Assembly (NCBI GenBank): GCA_013239625.1
Contig: MU054220.1
Coordinates: 3,411,374-3,475,373 of the forward strand
Direction of reading: 5' to 3'
DNA: 64,000 nt
Source of the DNA: Lama guanicoe
Lineage: Eukaryota
Part shown: positions 14,350 through 26,926 of the stretch, in pieces
Layout: the number at the start of each line of letters is the position of its first letter
Position numbering within the stretch: the first letter of the stretch is position 1
The notes under the pieces: generated by a model
The model's database searches: none
Seen by the model: the letters and a program-made list of their open reading frames with translations, nothing else
Told to the model about the DNA's origin: nothing
Position numbers and translations under genes: made by a program

Positions 14350-14874
14350 TTTTTTAAATTGAAGTATAGTTGATTTGCAATGTTGTGTTAATTTCTGGTA
14401 TGTAGCATAGTGATTCATATATATATAATTTTTCATATTCTTTTCATTATAGGCCATTAGGTATTGAATATAGTTCCTTGTTCTATACAGTAAGACCTTG
14501 TTGTCTATCCATTTTATATATAGTAGTTAGTATCTGCAACTCCCCAACTCCTAATTTATCCCTCCCTACCCCCCTTCCCCTATGGTAACCATAAGTTTAT
14601 TTTCTATGTCTATGAGTCTGTCTCTATTTTGTAAATAAGTTCATTTGTGTCCTTTTTTTAGATTCCACATGTAAGTGATATAATGTGATATTTTTCTTTC
14701 TCTTTCTGGCTTACTTCACTTAGTATGACAATCTCCAGGTCCATCCATGTTGCTGCAAATGGCATTATTTTATTCATTTTTATGGCTTAGTAGTATTCCA
14801 TTGTGTGTGTGTGTCTGTATCACAACTTCTTTATCCAGTCATCTGTTGATGGACATTTAGATTGCTTCCTTGTC
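14350..14874 (-). mobile_element. 5'-truncated L1 3' end
   Basis: ttttttaaattgaagtatagttgattt...agattccacatgtaagtgata...ccatccatgttgctgcaaatggc; possible TSD ttgccagYcca at 14338-14348 and 14875-14885. Confidence 0.85.
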
Positions 14875-16169
14875 TTGCCAGTCCACATCTTAAATTAAAA
14901 TAGACCCATTGAGGATGCAAGAGCTTAAGCTTGGAGGATGGGGAACAATTTGTATGAGGACCCTTGGGAGTGGTCCTTATAACTATAAGCATAATCATAA
15001 GCATAATTGTAACTACAGAAGAGCTCCTCTTTCTTGGGAGCCCCAGATTTCTCAGAACTGGAATGAAGCCAGGATCGAACACCCTCCACCAAGGGGAGCA
15101 GCAGAGCACTTCAGAACCTGGAACTTTGAAGAACTCAGAACACAATAGTTTGTTTCCTCTTTTCAGTTCCTTATGCCTTTTGCCCTGACCCCCCACCCCC
15201 CAAGAAGGCAACAATCAAGTTCTGATTCCACTGAGATCTAACAAGAGCTGATTGGCTCAGCAAATACTGACCAGAACCAAGAGAATGCAGAGGAGGAGTA
15301 CACCAGATCAGTCAGACACTGTCCCCATGATGTGTTGAACTCGGTCCATTTGGACCAGCAACAATCCTCGTCAATCCCTTGTATAGCTCGAAGTCTCAGT
15401 TCTTGAAGCTGAATCCCCTACTGCGTCTCTGAGTGGTGCCACCTTTGGTCTGGTCCAGGTTTGTTTCTGTTTTCAAAGTCTGGGACAGTCTGAGAGCTCT
15501 GGGCACCAGGCAAGCACCCTCTGGCGCTCGCCTGCTGTACTGGTCCATGTGGTGTCCTTGGAAACCACCCAGGTCCTGGGTGCAAGTTTGTCTCACTTTA
15601 TACATTTCGGTTCACAACTGGTCAATCTGTTCCCTGCTTAGATGCACCAGGGAGATTTTTCACTACTTGCAGGAAGCCCTAAATGAACCATTTTGGAAAT
15701 TAAATACTCCTTTTATATTTCTGCCCTTTAAATTCGTTCTGAAAATCCAAAAATTTTTAAATTCCAATTTGCTTCGAGTGGAGTCTGCTGCATTGCTTGA
15801 TCCTTTCATTCTTGTATTATGTTTGAATAATGAGAATCTTCAGATGTTTGGCTTCTGTCCAAGTAAGGGAACCAATGAGCAACATTTGTAGTTTTAGGGA
15901 CTTCCGCATTAAAGATAAAGTCATTCATTCATTCAGCAAGTATTTATTGCACATCCACTAAGGTCAAATCCACTGTCTCTAACCTCGCCTTCTAGCATCT
16001 TCTCCTGACTCATTTTCTGACATTTATTTCTAGCCATGAACTCCTGGGGAGCAGGGATTGGACTCTGGGAAAGGTAGATCTGGAGACATTCTGAGAAATG
16101 ATTTGCCTGAAACAGGGTGACCAGAACCACAAGGCTGTGACAGTTTCCCCTACTGACAGCTCACCAGAG

Positions 16170-16360
16170 GCCAGGTCCTGGGCTAAGTACTTTTCTGACT
16201 TTATTTCACTTCATGCTCACAGTAACTCGAGGGAGAAGGAACTATTCCCATCCCCATTATAAAGATGAGGAAACTGAGGTTCAAAGAAGTCAAGTAGCTT
16301 GTCCAATGTCACATAACTATTATGTAACAGCTCATGTCTGACATCAAAGCCCATGTCTCA
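16170..16360 (-). mobile_element. MIR SINE
   Basis: ccccattataaagatgaggaaactgaggttcaaagaagtcaagtagcttgtccaatgtcaca. Confidence 0.75.
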
Positions 16361-16551
16361 CCCACTGGGCTGTGATGGTCTCTTGAAAGGTAATGTCCAG
16401 AACCACAGGTGTTGCCTTGGTGCAGCCACTATGATTTTGTACCCAGATAAGAAGTTTTGGGTTAGGTATAGGTGGCAGAGATGGAAAAAATGTGATTCAA
16501 AAAAACAGGACCCCAGCATGGATGGAGGTAATGGCTTTACCTTCACAACAG

Positions 16552-16686
16552 GTGTGGTGGAGGATGTCTGTGTCATGGAAACCTGGAACCCAGAGAAGGT
16601 TGCCAGTTGGAACCAAGCCCCCAAACTTCACTACTGTCTTGACTACGACCGACAGAAGGCTGAACTGTTTGTGACTCGCCTGGAAG
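16552..16686 (+). CDS. SYT13: Synaptotagmin-13 exon 3 (VVEDVCVMETWNPEK...LFVTRLE; start of C2A)
   Basis: acaacag acceptor, G|gtatgc donor, 135 nt, in frame with exon 2. Confidence 0.96.
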
Positions 16687-16784
16687 GTATGCTTTTAGCT
16701 GATGCTCATGAACTTCTGCATATCTGTCTCCTGGGTGGAGCTGTGCAGACAGGACAGGAGCATCTGTGGCTGAAGGGAGCACTG

Positions 16785-17200
16785 GATGCTATATTTGCAC
16801 TCTGTAACAAACAAGACCCTGAAGCGTGTGATGCTCAGACACACAGGGTTTTTCCTCTTTCTCATATAACAGTTCAAAGTGGAGATTCCTGGTTGGCAGA
16901 CATCTTTCCTCCAAATAGTGATTCAGGGACTAGGCTTCTTCCATTTGTAGCTCCATAGTCCCCTCAAGACTCCTTGCGATCTGTATCTAGCAAGTGGAAG
17001 GATGGGAAGAACAGGGAGAGGGCACAACTACTGCTTACAAACAGTAACCTACACTTGGCATCTGTCACTCCTGCTCTCTTCCCATTGGCTGGAACTCAGT
17101 CACATGACCACTGACTGCAAAGGAGTCTGGGAAGTATGGCTTAGCAGTTGCCTAGAAAAAAGAGGGACTGGGTCTTGGTGAACAGCTAGTCATCTCTGCC
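16785..17200. mobile_element. MLT1-type solo LTR
   Basis: tgtaacaaacaagaccc...cagggactaggcttcttccatttgtagctcca...cccattggctggaactcagtcacatgacca...tgcaaaggagtctgggaa. Confidence 0.7.
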
Positions 17201-18138
17201 ATAGGTGCTTTTGTCATTGAACATGTCTTTGTGTTGGATACAGAAGGTGTTCTGAATGGTCAGCAAAGCTTCCGTACTCCTAGAACCAGATAGTCTTGCC
17301 TATAGAGCCAAGATGTCCCCGGTCTCCCTACCCTGACAATTCACTTTACCATCAGCAAGCAAAGCTAAGACTTTGCAAAGGAATTGAGGCCAAGAATGGG
17401 CTCCTTTATGGCTCCTAGGAGCTGGAAGCTGGGGGGATAGGATAAACTGGCCTTTTGTATTTAATTTTTTTTGAGGAAGTATTTTTTCTTTTTGTTTTCT
17501 TTTAAGATTTTTTTTTTAGCATTTTCATATACTTTATGACATGTGGTCTTCACAATAGTCCCATTTTATAGATTAGGAAGCTGAAGTCTATCATTAGGTG
17601 ACCTGTCTAAGATCACTCCAACTAATTGGTGCCAGAGCCAGGACTAAGCCTAGTTCCCTTAAAGCTTGGTGGAGGGCTCTTTCTATTAGGGCACACGGCC
17701 TGGGGTCTGTATCTTCTCTTCCTGGGCAACGACAGCTGCCACTTCACAAATTGTCATTGAGGAACCAGTCATAAAAGCACCACAGGTGCAAATTTCCACA
17801 CTGGGAAGCATTAAAAACACCAAAGTTCAGAATGTAAAACAACAGTCATGAGGTAGCGGCCAAGTGATTCAAAAGTGATTGTGTGGGAAATATTTAAAAC
17901 GGAGAACAAATGAATTGTGGTATCAGTAGCAACACTAATACAAAGCAGCAGCAGTTTGTGGGCCCTGGCGCCTTGGGGAAGCCTCAGAGTCATGGGGAGG
18001 ATCTCCTATTTCTAAATGTCTTATTGGAAGGCATTCCACAAAGCCAGGGTGCTCAGCCCCGGGGTCTTCCCAACACCCGGGGTCGTGACCGTTAAGCAGG
18101 ATTCCGCAGCTCTAAGCAGGGCTGTACTCCTCCCTCAG

Positions 18139-18428
18139 ACCACAATGGGGGCTGTGACTGCTATGTCCAGGGCAGTGTGGCCAACAGGATGGGCTCCGTG
18201 GAGGCCCAGACTGCCCTGAAGAAGCGGCAGCTGCGGACCACGTGGGAGGAAGGTCTGGTGCTCCCTCTGGCGGAGGAGGAGCTCCCTGCCACGACCCTGA
18301 CCCTGACACTGCGGACCTGTGACCGCTTCTCCCGCCACAGTGTAGTCGGGGAGCTGCGCCTGGGCCTGGATGGGGTGTCCGTGCCTCTGGGGGCCGCCCA
18401 GTGGGGCGAGCTGAAGACTTCAGTTAAG
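18139..18428 (+). CDS. SYT13: Synaptotagmin-13 exon 4 (C2A; DHNGGCDCYVQG...GELKTSVK)
   Basis: ctcctccctcag acceptor, AAG|gtaggg donor, 290 nt, phase 1 to 0; translation matches SYT13 C2A. Confidence 0.93.
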
Positions 18429-21349
18429 GTAGGGTCGCCTCTCACTGGGAAAGGTAAAACCCGTTCGTGGAGTGTGGAGTGGCAGGACCAGGCCAGCGCT
18501 CACAGACCAAGCTTCAGAGACCTTCCCAGTCAGGAGATGGGGGTCTGTGAAGGGAGGCGGAGTTTAAAAGTCAGGTGGAGTCTTGAATAGGATGGAGGAC
18601 TGGAGCAGACCTATAGCCCAGGATTTGGGATTCCCTGGTATCTAGTTTTGCTTCAAGCTTACCATTCAAAGACCCTTCCATCCCTGGCCTCTCTGGCAGA
18701 AAACACATTATGAGGATACTGGCTCTGGTGCTGACAATATTATCCCCATTTAAAAGCATCTGTACCCCTTGTGCACCTACTGTGTGCCAGGCATTGCCGG
18801 GGGACAGACGAGCACCAGGCAGAGCCCCTCTCCTCATAGGTAGTACAGGCCAGAGGGAGAAATCGGAACAGAAGTTGTGACAATGATGACAGCTATGATG
18901 ATGGTGAAATCTGACATATGATGAATCCTAAGATGACTAGGAGGGCCTAACCAGAGTGCTCTGATGGGGTGTTCTAGAAGGCCTGGTGTGCAGTGGTGAA
19001 TGTGCTGGACTTTGAAGGAGTGACCAGGGTTGGGGGGTGTTGGTTCTAACCTGGGAGGGTTCTCCCCACCCCTCTGCTGCAATAGAAGCCATGAATGGGA
19101 AACAAGTGTCTCTTGAGATGTTCAGGGAGGGGTTTCTTAGAGAGCAAACCATGGTTCCCCACAGGCCAAGGCAGCGAGGGGGTCCAGGAAAGTCAAGGCT
19201 GTCTATTTAGGCCCCAGGGTCAAGGCCTTGTCTGACAACCTGCCATGATGGTGCCAAAAATGAACCTTCTGGATGGCCAGTCTCTCAACCAGCTGGTCAG
19301 TGCATTATCTGGAGACCGTTTAGCCCACAAAGCCTAAAATAGTTGCTCTCTGGCCTTTTACAAAAAAAGTTTACCCTTTATAGGATTAGGGTCGTGACCT
19401 CCATGATAGAGTGAAAAAATACTGAAAAGAGCACTAATTTTTGAGCACTTGCCATCTATCAGTTGCTGCACCAAGTTCTGTCCCCAGTCAGCCAAGCAGA
19501 AATGACATCAGCACTGCCGCATTTACAGGCAGGAGAACTGAGGCTCGGCACAGCTCAGTAACCTGCACAGGGTCGCCCAGGTGGGACAAGGCAGGCTCGG
19601 CCTTGAGGCCAGGTCGGTCTGGTTGTACATCCTGCGTTGTCCTCCAGCTGCTGGGCGATGTAAGTGCCTGGCAGTGTGTATGCGGCGTAGGCGGCAGGCG
19701 CCTTTCCTGATGGACGCCACGGGGCGGGGAGGTACACTGTCACTTCCCACCTTCTCCGCTTTTTCCTATGATCTCTCCAGGCTCAGAAAATTGATAAACG
19801 TTGACAGCCACTCTCAGCTGAAAACCAGGCTGTTCCAAAGCACACTAATTAGTGTGCGATCTGGGACTTGTGTGGAATCACAGTTGGGGCCCCTGGGAAG
19901 AGGAGCCCGATACTTCGGTTTATCCAGATGGTAAACCAGCTCTCTCCAGAGATGGAGGGGCTCCCCCTAGGGCTTAGGAGAATTTGGTGCTACTCCCAAA
20001 AGGTGGAAATCCAGCCTATCTGGGCAGAAGTCTCAGGCATGTAATCTACTTCCATGCTTTCCCCTAGAAGAACAGAAATTGTGCATTTATTCTACAGATA
20101 CCTTGTCTGGTTTTCACAATGGGTCAGGCACTATGCCAGGAGCTGGGGACACAGAGTGATGAGGACAAAGGCCTGCCTTTGTGGCTCATCCATCCTAATA
20201 ATCATCACGCTCTTTATAGCTATCACTGTTCCACAAATGTACTTTCCCGTCCACTTGCACCTGCTTGCCACAAATGTGAACAATCTCAGATGGAGATGGT
20301 TCTCTCAGTGTACGTGGCAGGAGAGAGCCCCAAGGCCAGGCTAGGGAGCCCCTCGCCCCAGCTGGAGGGTGCAGGCTGATGTGAGCAAAGTAGAAGAGCC
20401 ATCTGTCACTGTAGCCCACATGTTTTCTCCTCTTGGTCAGAATGGGTTAAAGGAGGTGTCAGCAGCGCCCCAGTTCTCACCGGAAGACACTCGGCCAAAA
20501 GTGACATGTGCGTCACCAGGGACTACAGAATGAGCTACTCTGAGGGCAACTTGAATGCTTCATTGAGCATTCGAGAGAAAGATAGGGGGTGGGGAAAACC
20601 AGGAAGAGGATGGAGAAGTAAAGAGGATTATTTTTGTCAGCAGGTACTTTAAGCAGCAGAACTGAGGGGGCAGCTGCTGTTAAACTTCTCCAGCTGTGGT
20701 GTTGCTGGCACCCCACACAGAGGTGATGAGCCCTTCACCTGTCCTGGGGGGGAGCAGAGGACTCAAGTCGGGTACCCCTGTGGCCACAGCCCTGGCCAAC
20801 AGAGGATGTCCAATAAGTGCCCTTGAATCAGGAGGTTGGTGCCCATCCCAGCTCTGCTGCCACCATTCTGGACATGCACCTGAGCCTCAGTTCCTTCAGT
20901 GTGATGAGAGATCTGCCCGCGGAGGATGCTGGAGAACCATGGGCTTAGGGCTTGGGCTTTGCTATCAGACCAGACACCCAAGACTCAGATTTGCTGCTTA
21001 CTGTCTGCATGACCCCAGGCAGTGAAGTGCCCTCTCCGAGCGTTAGGATATTCTGCTTAAAATCGGAACGAGATCTGTACCCCTTTTACTCCTGTTGTCC
21101 GGAATTATTCCATCACATGACTAGCCGCTTAGGGCCAGCTGAATTGCTGGGGTTGTATTGAAGACGTTTTTCCTGGATGAAAGGTGTGACCCAGGCAGAG
21201 GGCTGGCCAGCTCCTCCATCCAGCCTCACTCCAGAAATCCAGACTGGCTTCCATTTACCCAGAAGCAATGTTCCCACTTAATAATCTCAATAAGTTGTGA
21301 TTGCCCTTCCTTGATAACTAATAGTAATAGTCAAAGCAAGGAGGCAGAT

Positions 21350-21570
21350 GCTGTAGTGTGTGCTTGGCACTGTTCTAAGCCATTAAATAATTGTTCATTT
21401 AATTTTCACAACCGCATCAGGTGGAGATATTATTTCCATCTTGCAGATGAGGAAATGGAGGTTTGGGGAAGTGAAATAACTTGCCCAAGACTACAAAGCT
21501 ACTAAATGATCAGATTGGCACTCAGACCCAGATAGTCAGATTCCAACGTCTGTCCCCTTAGCACTGCCCT
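21350..21570 (-). mobile_element. MIR SINE
   Basis: ggcactgttctaagc...ccatcttgcagatgaggaaatggagg...gtgaaataacttgcccaag. Confidence 0.75.
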
Positions 21571-21957
21571 TGGACTGTGACCACCTCCTGCAGGGACTCT
21601 TGGTCATTTTTGTCCCTCAATGGATTTGTTCAAGTTGCAAGCAAATTCTTGGAGGAATCTCAGTAGAAACACTGTAAAGCTACAGAGAAGGGACAGACAT
21701 GCTGGAAGCTTTGCAGAAGCATCAGCACTTCCTGCAAAGCGCAGTTACTGCCAGCATCTCTGGTGCCTTTCCTCCCATCGTATGCCCGGCCTTTTGTTGA
21801 CAAGGTTGGCCATTCTGTTGACCAAGCCAGGCCCTGCTCAGCATTAGTACATCACTTTATTGACTCTCTCAGTCCTGTGGGGGCTGGAGGGATTCTTTCT
21901 TCGAACACAGTAAGGTCCTACAACTCCCCACTGACCCAGGAAACTGATCAGTCAATG

Positions 21958-22252
21958 CAGTGGTTCTCAAACTGTGTTCCCTAGAACCCTAGGGTTCTAC
22001 ACAGATGCCCCAGGAGTGGGGGTGGGGTGGGGGTGGGCAGTGGTTGGTAATGGAAGTAAGAGAGGGTCCTGGCCCTCTGTCCTTGCCACATCCTGAATGG
22101 CATCTCTTTGGTCTGTTTTATATGCTGGGTTTGAATATAAGCTATTTGGAAAAATTACCTTTTGTGGCAAACGAAACACACTCATATTGAAACACATGCT
22201 ACATAGAATTCCTCTGTGCCGTCCTCCCTTCCGCAAAGGTGGAGAAACCAGC
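21958..22252. mobile_element. hAT-Charlie-type MITE
   Basis: Starts CAGTGGTTCTCAAACT and ends ggtggagaaaccag (imperfect terminal inverted repeats). Confidence 0.55.
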
Positions 22253-22381
22253 ATTGATAGGTAAATGGTTTCTAGGAGGCCTGCTGGATACAAGTCCAGT
22301 GTGACCCCAGCCTCAGCAACAGCTCATGGGTCAGAAGCATCCCTAAATGAAGCTCCCTCCTCATCTCCTCTTCTGTCTCAG

Positions 22382-22511
22382 GAGCCGTCTGCTGGAACTG
22401 GAGAGGTCCTTCTGTCCATCAGCTACCTCCCGGCTGCCAATCGCCTCCTAGTAGTGCTGATTAAGGCCAAGAACCTCCACTCTAACCAGTCCAAGGAGCT
22501 CCTGGGGAAGG
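22382..22511 (+). CDS. SYT13: Synaptotagmin-13 exon 5 (start of C2B; EPSAGTGEVLLSISYLPAANRLLVVLIKAKNL...)
   Basis: Polypyrimidine tract plus cag acceptor, G|gtgagt donor, 130 nt; typical C2B GExLLSxxYLP motif. Confidence 0.97.
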
Positions 22512-24365
22512 GTGAGTGAGGTGTGGGAGGGGAGCCAGGACCCCCTTCTGCCTCTCGGAATGTGTGCAGATAGGGAGGTGGTGGTGGGGAGACAGTGAGG
22601 ACAGGTAAGCAGGGAGGTAGAACACGAGTCCATTGTGGAGTCAGCCTCAGCTGTGTCTTCCACCCCAAACTCACATACCACTTTTGAAGGACACATTCTC
22701 TTCTTTAAATTTATATCCTGGGCCAAGCCCATCCATTAGGGCCCAGGTATAAGCAACCTGGGGCTCCCCTACCTTGCAGATCCACCATGAGAAGACTCAG
22801 CCTTCCTCATGGGTCATAGGAAGCCCAGCGTCAGACTGTAGCCACAGAGTGGAGTATCTGGGCTGGAGGGGAAACCTGGCCCAGCCCTCATCACCCAGAC
22901 CTGGCTGGACCCACCTTATGAGCCAGTGTTGGGAAGCCCGGGGTCTCCTCCTCCAGTCTCAGCTGGCTACCACTGTGCTCCCTACAGCCACCCTAAGCTC
23001 CTCTCTCTTCTCAGCCTTTACCAACCTGCCATCCCCACACCAGCTGAGTGTGGGTGACGGCAGAAGGTGTGTGGGAGCATGGACTGAGGCGGCCTGAAGC
23101 TTAGGGCATCTGCGCCCCACATACCCAAATAAACATCACTTCAACATTCTGGAAGCCTCGATTTTTCTTTCTGGATTCCCCAGCACAGGCTCCAAGTCTT
23201 AGGGACCAAACAGGCTCTCTCATCAGAGCATGAAAGCAGCATTGGTTAGTCGTATGATACATGGACTGAGTTAAGTGCTCATAGCAGGATATAAATAAAT
23301 AGATATGTGTAGCAGAAAACAAACAAGAATTGCCTCCACATTCAGAACCTTTGAGCAATAGATTTGGGGCAAATGAAATCAGAAGAGTTGGTCTGGCTGA
23401 TGTTCCTGAGTCAGAGGTCAGAATTCAATGCTTTGTCCTCATCCCCATCCCTGTCCCAGACACGTCTTTGCCTCCTTCTCTTTCCCCCCCTATTTTTATA
23501 GCTCCTATCAGGACAATTATAGCTCAACACTTTATCTCTCAAATATCTCTGCTGACATAACAAACTAACCACCTGGGGGTGATAATTATAGCAATAAATA
23601 GAGAGTAACAATTATTCTCACACTGGCTTGGGAAACCTTGACTAAGGAAAACACAGCCCTAGTCCTGATCCTGATGCTACGGGAAAGCATGTCTAGTGAC
23701 CTGTTTGCCGATTTCCTGGAGGCTGCTCTGTTGGTGTAGGGCCCGTGGGGGTCAAGGCAGGCTGCCCTAACCCTCCACATGAAGTCAGGATCCTCGAGTA
23801 AAACTTGCAAAAGAACAGATGAGAACTCAACCAACTAGCAGGAGACCTACTGTCTTAACAGTAGACAAACATGCTTAGATGGAGACCCAAAGGGGTGATG
23901 ATGAGAGGATGGCTTTGTTTTTCTGGTCTGAGTTTAAAATCAAGCTGCAGGACATCTGAGCTGTCATCCTGGGCTTGGTATGATGTGGGACATGAAGACA
24001 CTCGGAAGGGCTCACGACAAAGCTTTCCTGGCCATCCTTCAGCCTGACCCAATCAGGGGCCATCCATTGACCAGCCTTATATGTTGTGCTATGGTCTGTT
24101 TTCCATACTTGAGACAGGAGCTTTTGTCGTATCCCCATGTCGAGACCAGGGCGTGCCATATGGTGGGCATCTGATAACTGTTGAATGAATACATGGCCCA
24201 TGAGGTAGGGGGAGGGGTGGGAGAGAGGGGACCTCAATGCAGATCTTGAGCCAGAGACCCTGTCTCCCTATCCCCAAAAGGGAGCATCCTCCAGGGTCCC
24301 ACCACACTCCAGAAGCTCACTCTTGGCCCTTCCCTCTGTCTCTTTTCCCCTCTGCCCCTCCTCAG

Positions 24366-24670
24366 ATGTCTCAGTCCGGGTGACCTTAAAGCACCAGGCT
24401 CAGAAACTGAAGAAGAAGCAGACGAAACGAGCCAAGCACAAGATCAACCCTGTGTGGAACGAGATGATCATGTTTGAGCTGCCGGATGACCTGCTGCAGG
24501 CCTCCAGCGTGGAGCTGGACGTGCTGAGCCAGGGTGCCGAGGGGCAGAGCTGCACACTCGGGCACTGCAGCCTGGGCCTCCACGCCTCGGGCTCCGAGCG
24601 CAGCCACTGGGAGGAGATGCTTAAGAACCCGCGCCGGCAGATCGCCATGTGGCACCAGCTGCACCTGTAG
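24366..24670 (+). CDS. SYT13: Synaptotagmin-13 terminal exon 6, coding part (C2B with polybasic KLKKKQTK; ends RRQIAMWHQLHL*)
   Basis: ctcag acceptor; TAG at 24668-24670; synaptotagmin WHxL C-terminal motif. Confidence 0.97.
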
Positions 24671-25166
24671 CTGGCCACCGGGGCTGCCTCCCTCCTTGGG
24701 CACAGCCCATCCCTCTAGCCCCAGCTGTCCTCTGTGACCTCCTCTTGTGCCCTATCCACATTCTGACACCAGAAGACAGACATGTGTGCAGAGACCCGGA
24801 CCCTATTCCTCTCCCATCACACTCTCGTTTCTAAAAAATGAGCAAGGCTGGGCAGGGCAGGGCAGAGACGGGACATCTGGGTCACTGAGGAATGCATTTT
24901 GTTCTGGGTTATTGAAGAGATGCTTATCAAATTACCAAACACAGCTCATGTGCAGGTACTGCAGCGGGGGTCGGGCCAGACTCAGAGAAAGCTTAATTTG
25001 GGGAATAATGGATGCAAAGAATGGGCTTTTCAATCATAAGCATTTCATAAGTGTGGAAGGAAATGAAATCTCTTGGATCATCTCATAAGAATTAGAGACT
25101 GTCAGGGTGGGACGGAATTTTAGCCAGCATTAAATCATGCTTCTAATCCAAGCAGCAACTAGCCCA

Positions 25167-25330
25167 GCAGTTCTCAAACCTTAGTGTGTGAAGAATCACC
25201 AGCAGATTCCGGGACCCTGCTTTATACATTCCAAATCCGTATTCCTGGCTGAACCCCAGGAGCCTGCATTTTTAACAAGGACTGAGTGGTTTTAATGCTG
25301 AGGCTGGGGCGCTGCTCTTGAAGAAAGCCC
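25167..25330. mobile_element. MER5-like hAT-Charlie MITE in the SYT13 3' UTR
   Basis: cagcagttctcaaacctt...gaatcacc...gcagattcc...cccaggagcctgcatttttaacaag. Confidence 0.65.
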
Positions 25331-26920
25331 TCTTACAACATCCTAGACGGGGATTCACAGTCCTCATCGGGCCCCCAACACCTGGGGCAGCCAGTGTCAA
25401 TGCTGGACACCTTAACTGTCAGTGTGAAATTTGGGAACTTTCATTTTTTATTTAAATATTTGAATTCTTAATGTTTTTATTTGTGCTTTTCCGCTCCTTC
25501 TCTTGGACTGAATTTTGTGCTTTCTATTAAATAATTGTATTGTCTCATCACAAAATCAGTTTATATTATACTCGGGGAGACCTTCTATGACCAGGGAGAG
25601 GTGGGATCTCCTGTTAGTTACTGGGCGCTGGTTGTCACGTCCACCAGCATCACCAAAGGGACCCTCTGAGTCAGACCTGTCCCTTATCAGCATAGCAGTC
25701 ATTTGAGGAGGAATTCAGTTTAGGGCATGTATTCATTTAGTCTGACTCTGTGGAGGTGGAGAAGGAAATGAGGTCCTTTGCAAATGTGCCTCCTTCCTTC
25801 CCGTTTTAGGGCCTGTCACCTTAATCAGTAAATAACCAGCAGCTAGGTTTCAAATCACTACCGTATTATTCCAAATAGCTGTCCACATCATTAAGTGTAT
25901 TATGAGCCCTGCTGAGCGGATATAATATTTTTCTGGGAACCAGAATTCCTCGGTCCTTTTGGCGGCCACCTGTCAAATAGGACTAATGACACGGCAGCTG
26001 TCTCTATGAATGATATGACAGATGAAATAGTTGTAGAGCTATAGGTAAAGTCATCCAACATCTCAGCAGTTGGCCTAGAAATTCATGACACTGAGTTTTA
26101 CCATTCACCTAATGACAATTATAGCTCGCTATGTAAGTGTAATTAACAAGAGAGAGGATAGAAAAGCTGTGCTTCCCCACCAAAACTCCGTCTTGGTGAA
26201 TTTTAAATTACCCAGAGATATCAGACTACCAGATCAAAGTCTTCAGTAATCTTTGCATCAGCTTACCTGGTACCAGATCCATTTGCAATCTGCTACCAAA
26301 TTAGAGTAACTGAGTCTGTGCGAAGATACTGGATCTTTCTTTGAAAGGAACACCTTGTCCTTTGCCAGGGAGCCTTTTCTAAGAAGTGCATGAAGCAGAG
26401 GTGAAAATAAAGTGAGAAGCTATCTCAGACCGGGCTGTCGCCCACAGGGTGATCTGGCTCTGTCACATACACAGTGATGGGGCTAGAGAATTGGGTGTCC
26501 AGTCTCATTAATCTGTGACCCTACTTCTTGCATCAAATCCGTGTGTATTTTTTGAGCACCGACTGATCAATTGTGTGCATCTGTCCATTTCAATTGGAGA
26601 TATGACTCTTAGTGTAGACTGAGTCACAAATCACCCCACATGATGTTATGTAGAGAGTGCAAGACGGGAGAGCAGCTCTTCAGGGGCAATTCCTTTGGGA
26701 TAGAAGGGCGTCCTGGGCTGCAGGCTGCAGAAGCTCATACCAGAAGGAAGTGAGGACCACCAGAAGAGAGTCCTTGTGATTTCTTCTTGCTGCCTGTGTT
26801 TCCTGTTGTCAATGCTAAGTGTGTGTCTGTTTTGCAGTCATGAACTAAAGCACAAAAAAGACGCATGAGACGTAGTCATATGTCTGGTGTCACACTTTGG
26901 AGCAAAACCTTTCAGTGGTA

Positions 26921-26926
26921 AATAAA
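26921..26926 (+). terminator. Candidate SYT13 poly(A) signal
   Basis: AATAAA followed ~25 nt later by a GT/T-rich element (ggtgggtttttttt); other AATAAA exist near 26406 and 27861. Confidence 0.55.

Noticed and set aside
16353..16958. 201-aa ORF as a stand-alone gene
   Set aside because: Only 16552-16686 matches SYT13; the flanks are intron and MLT1 sequence.
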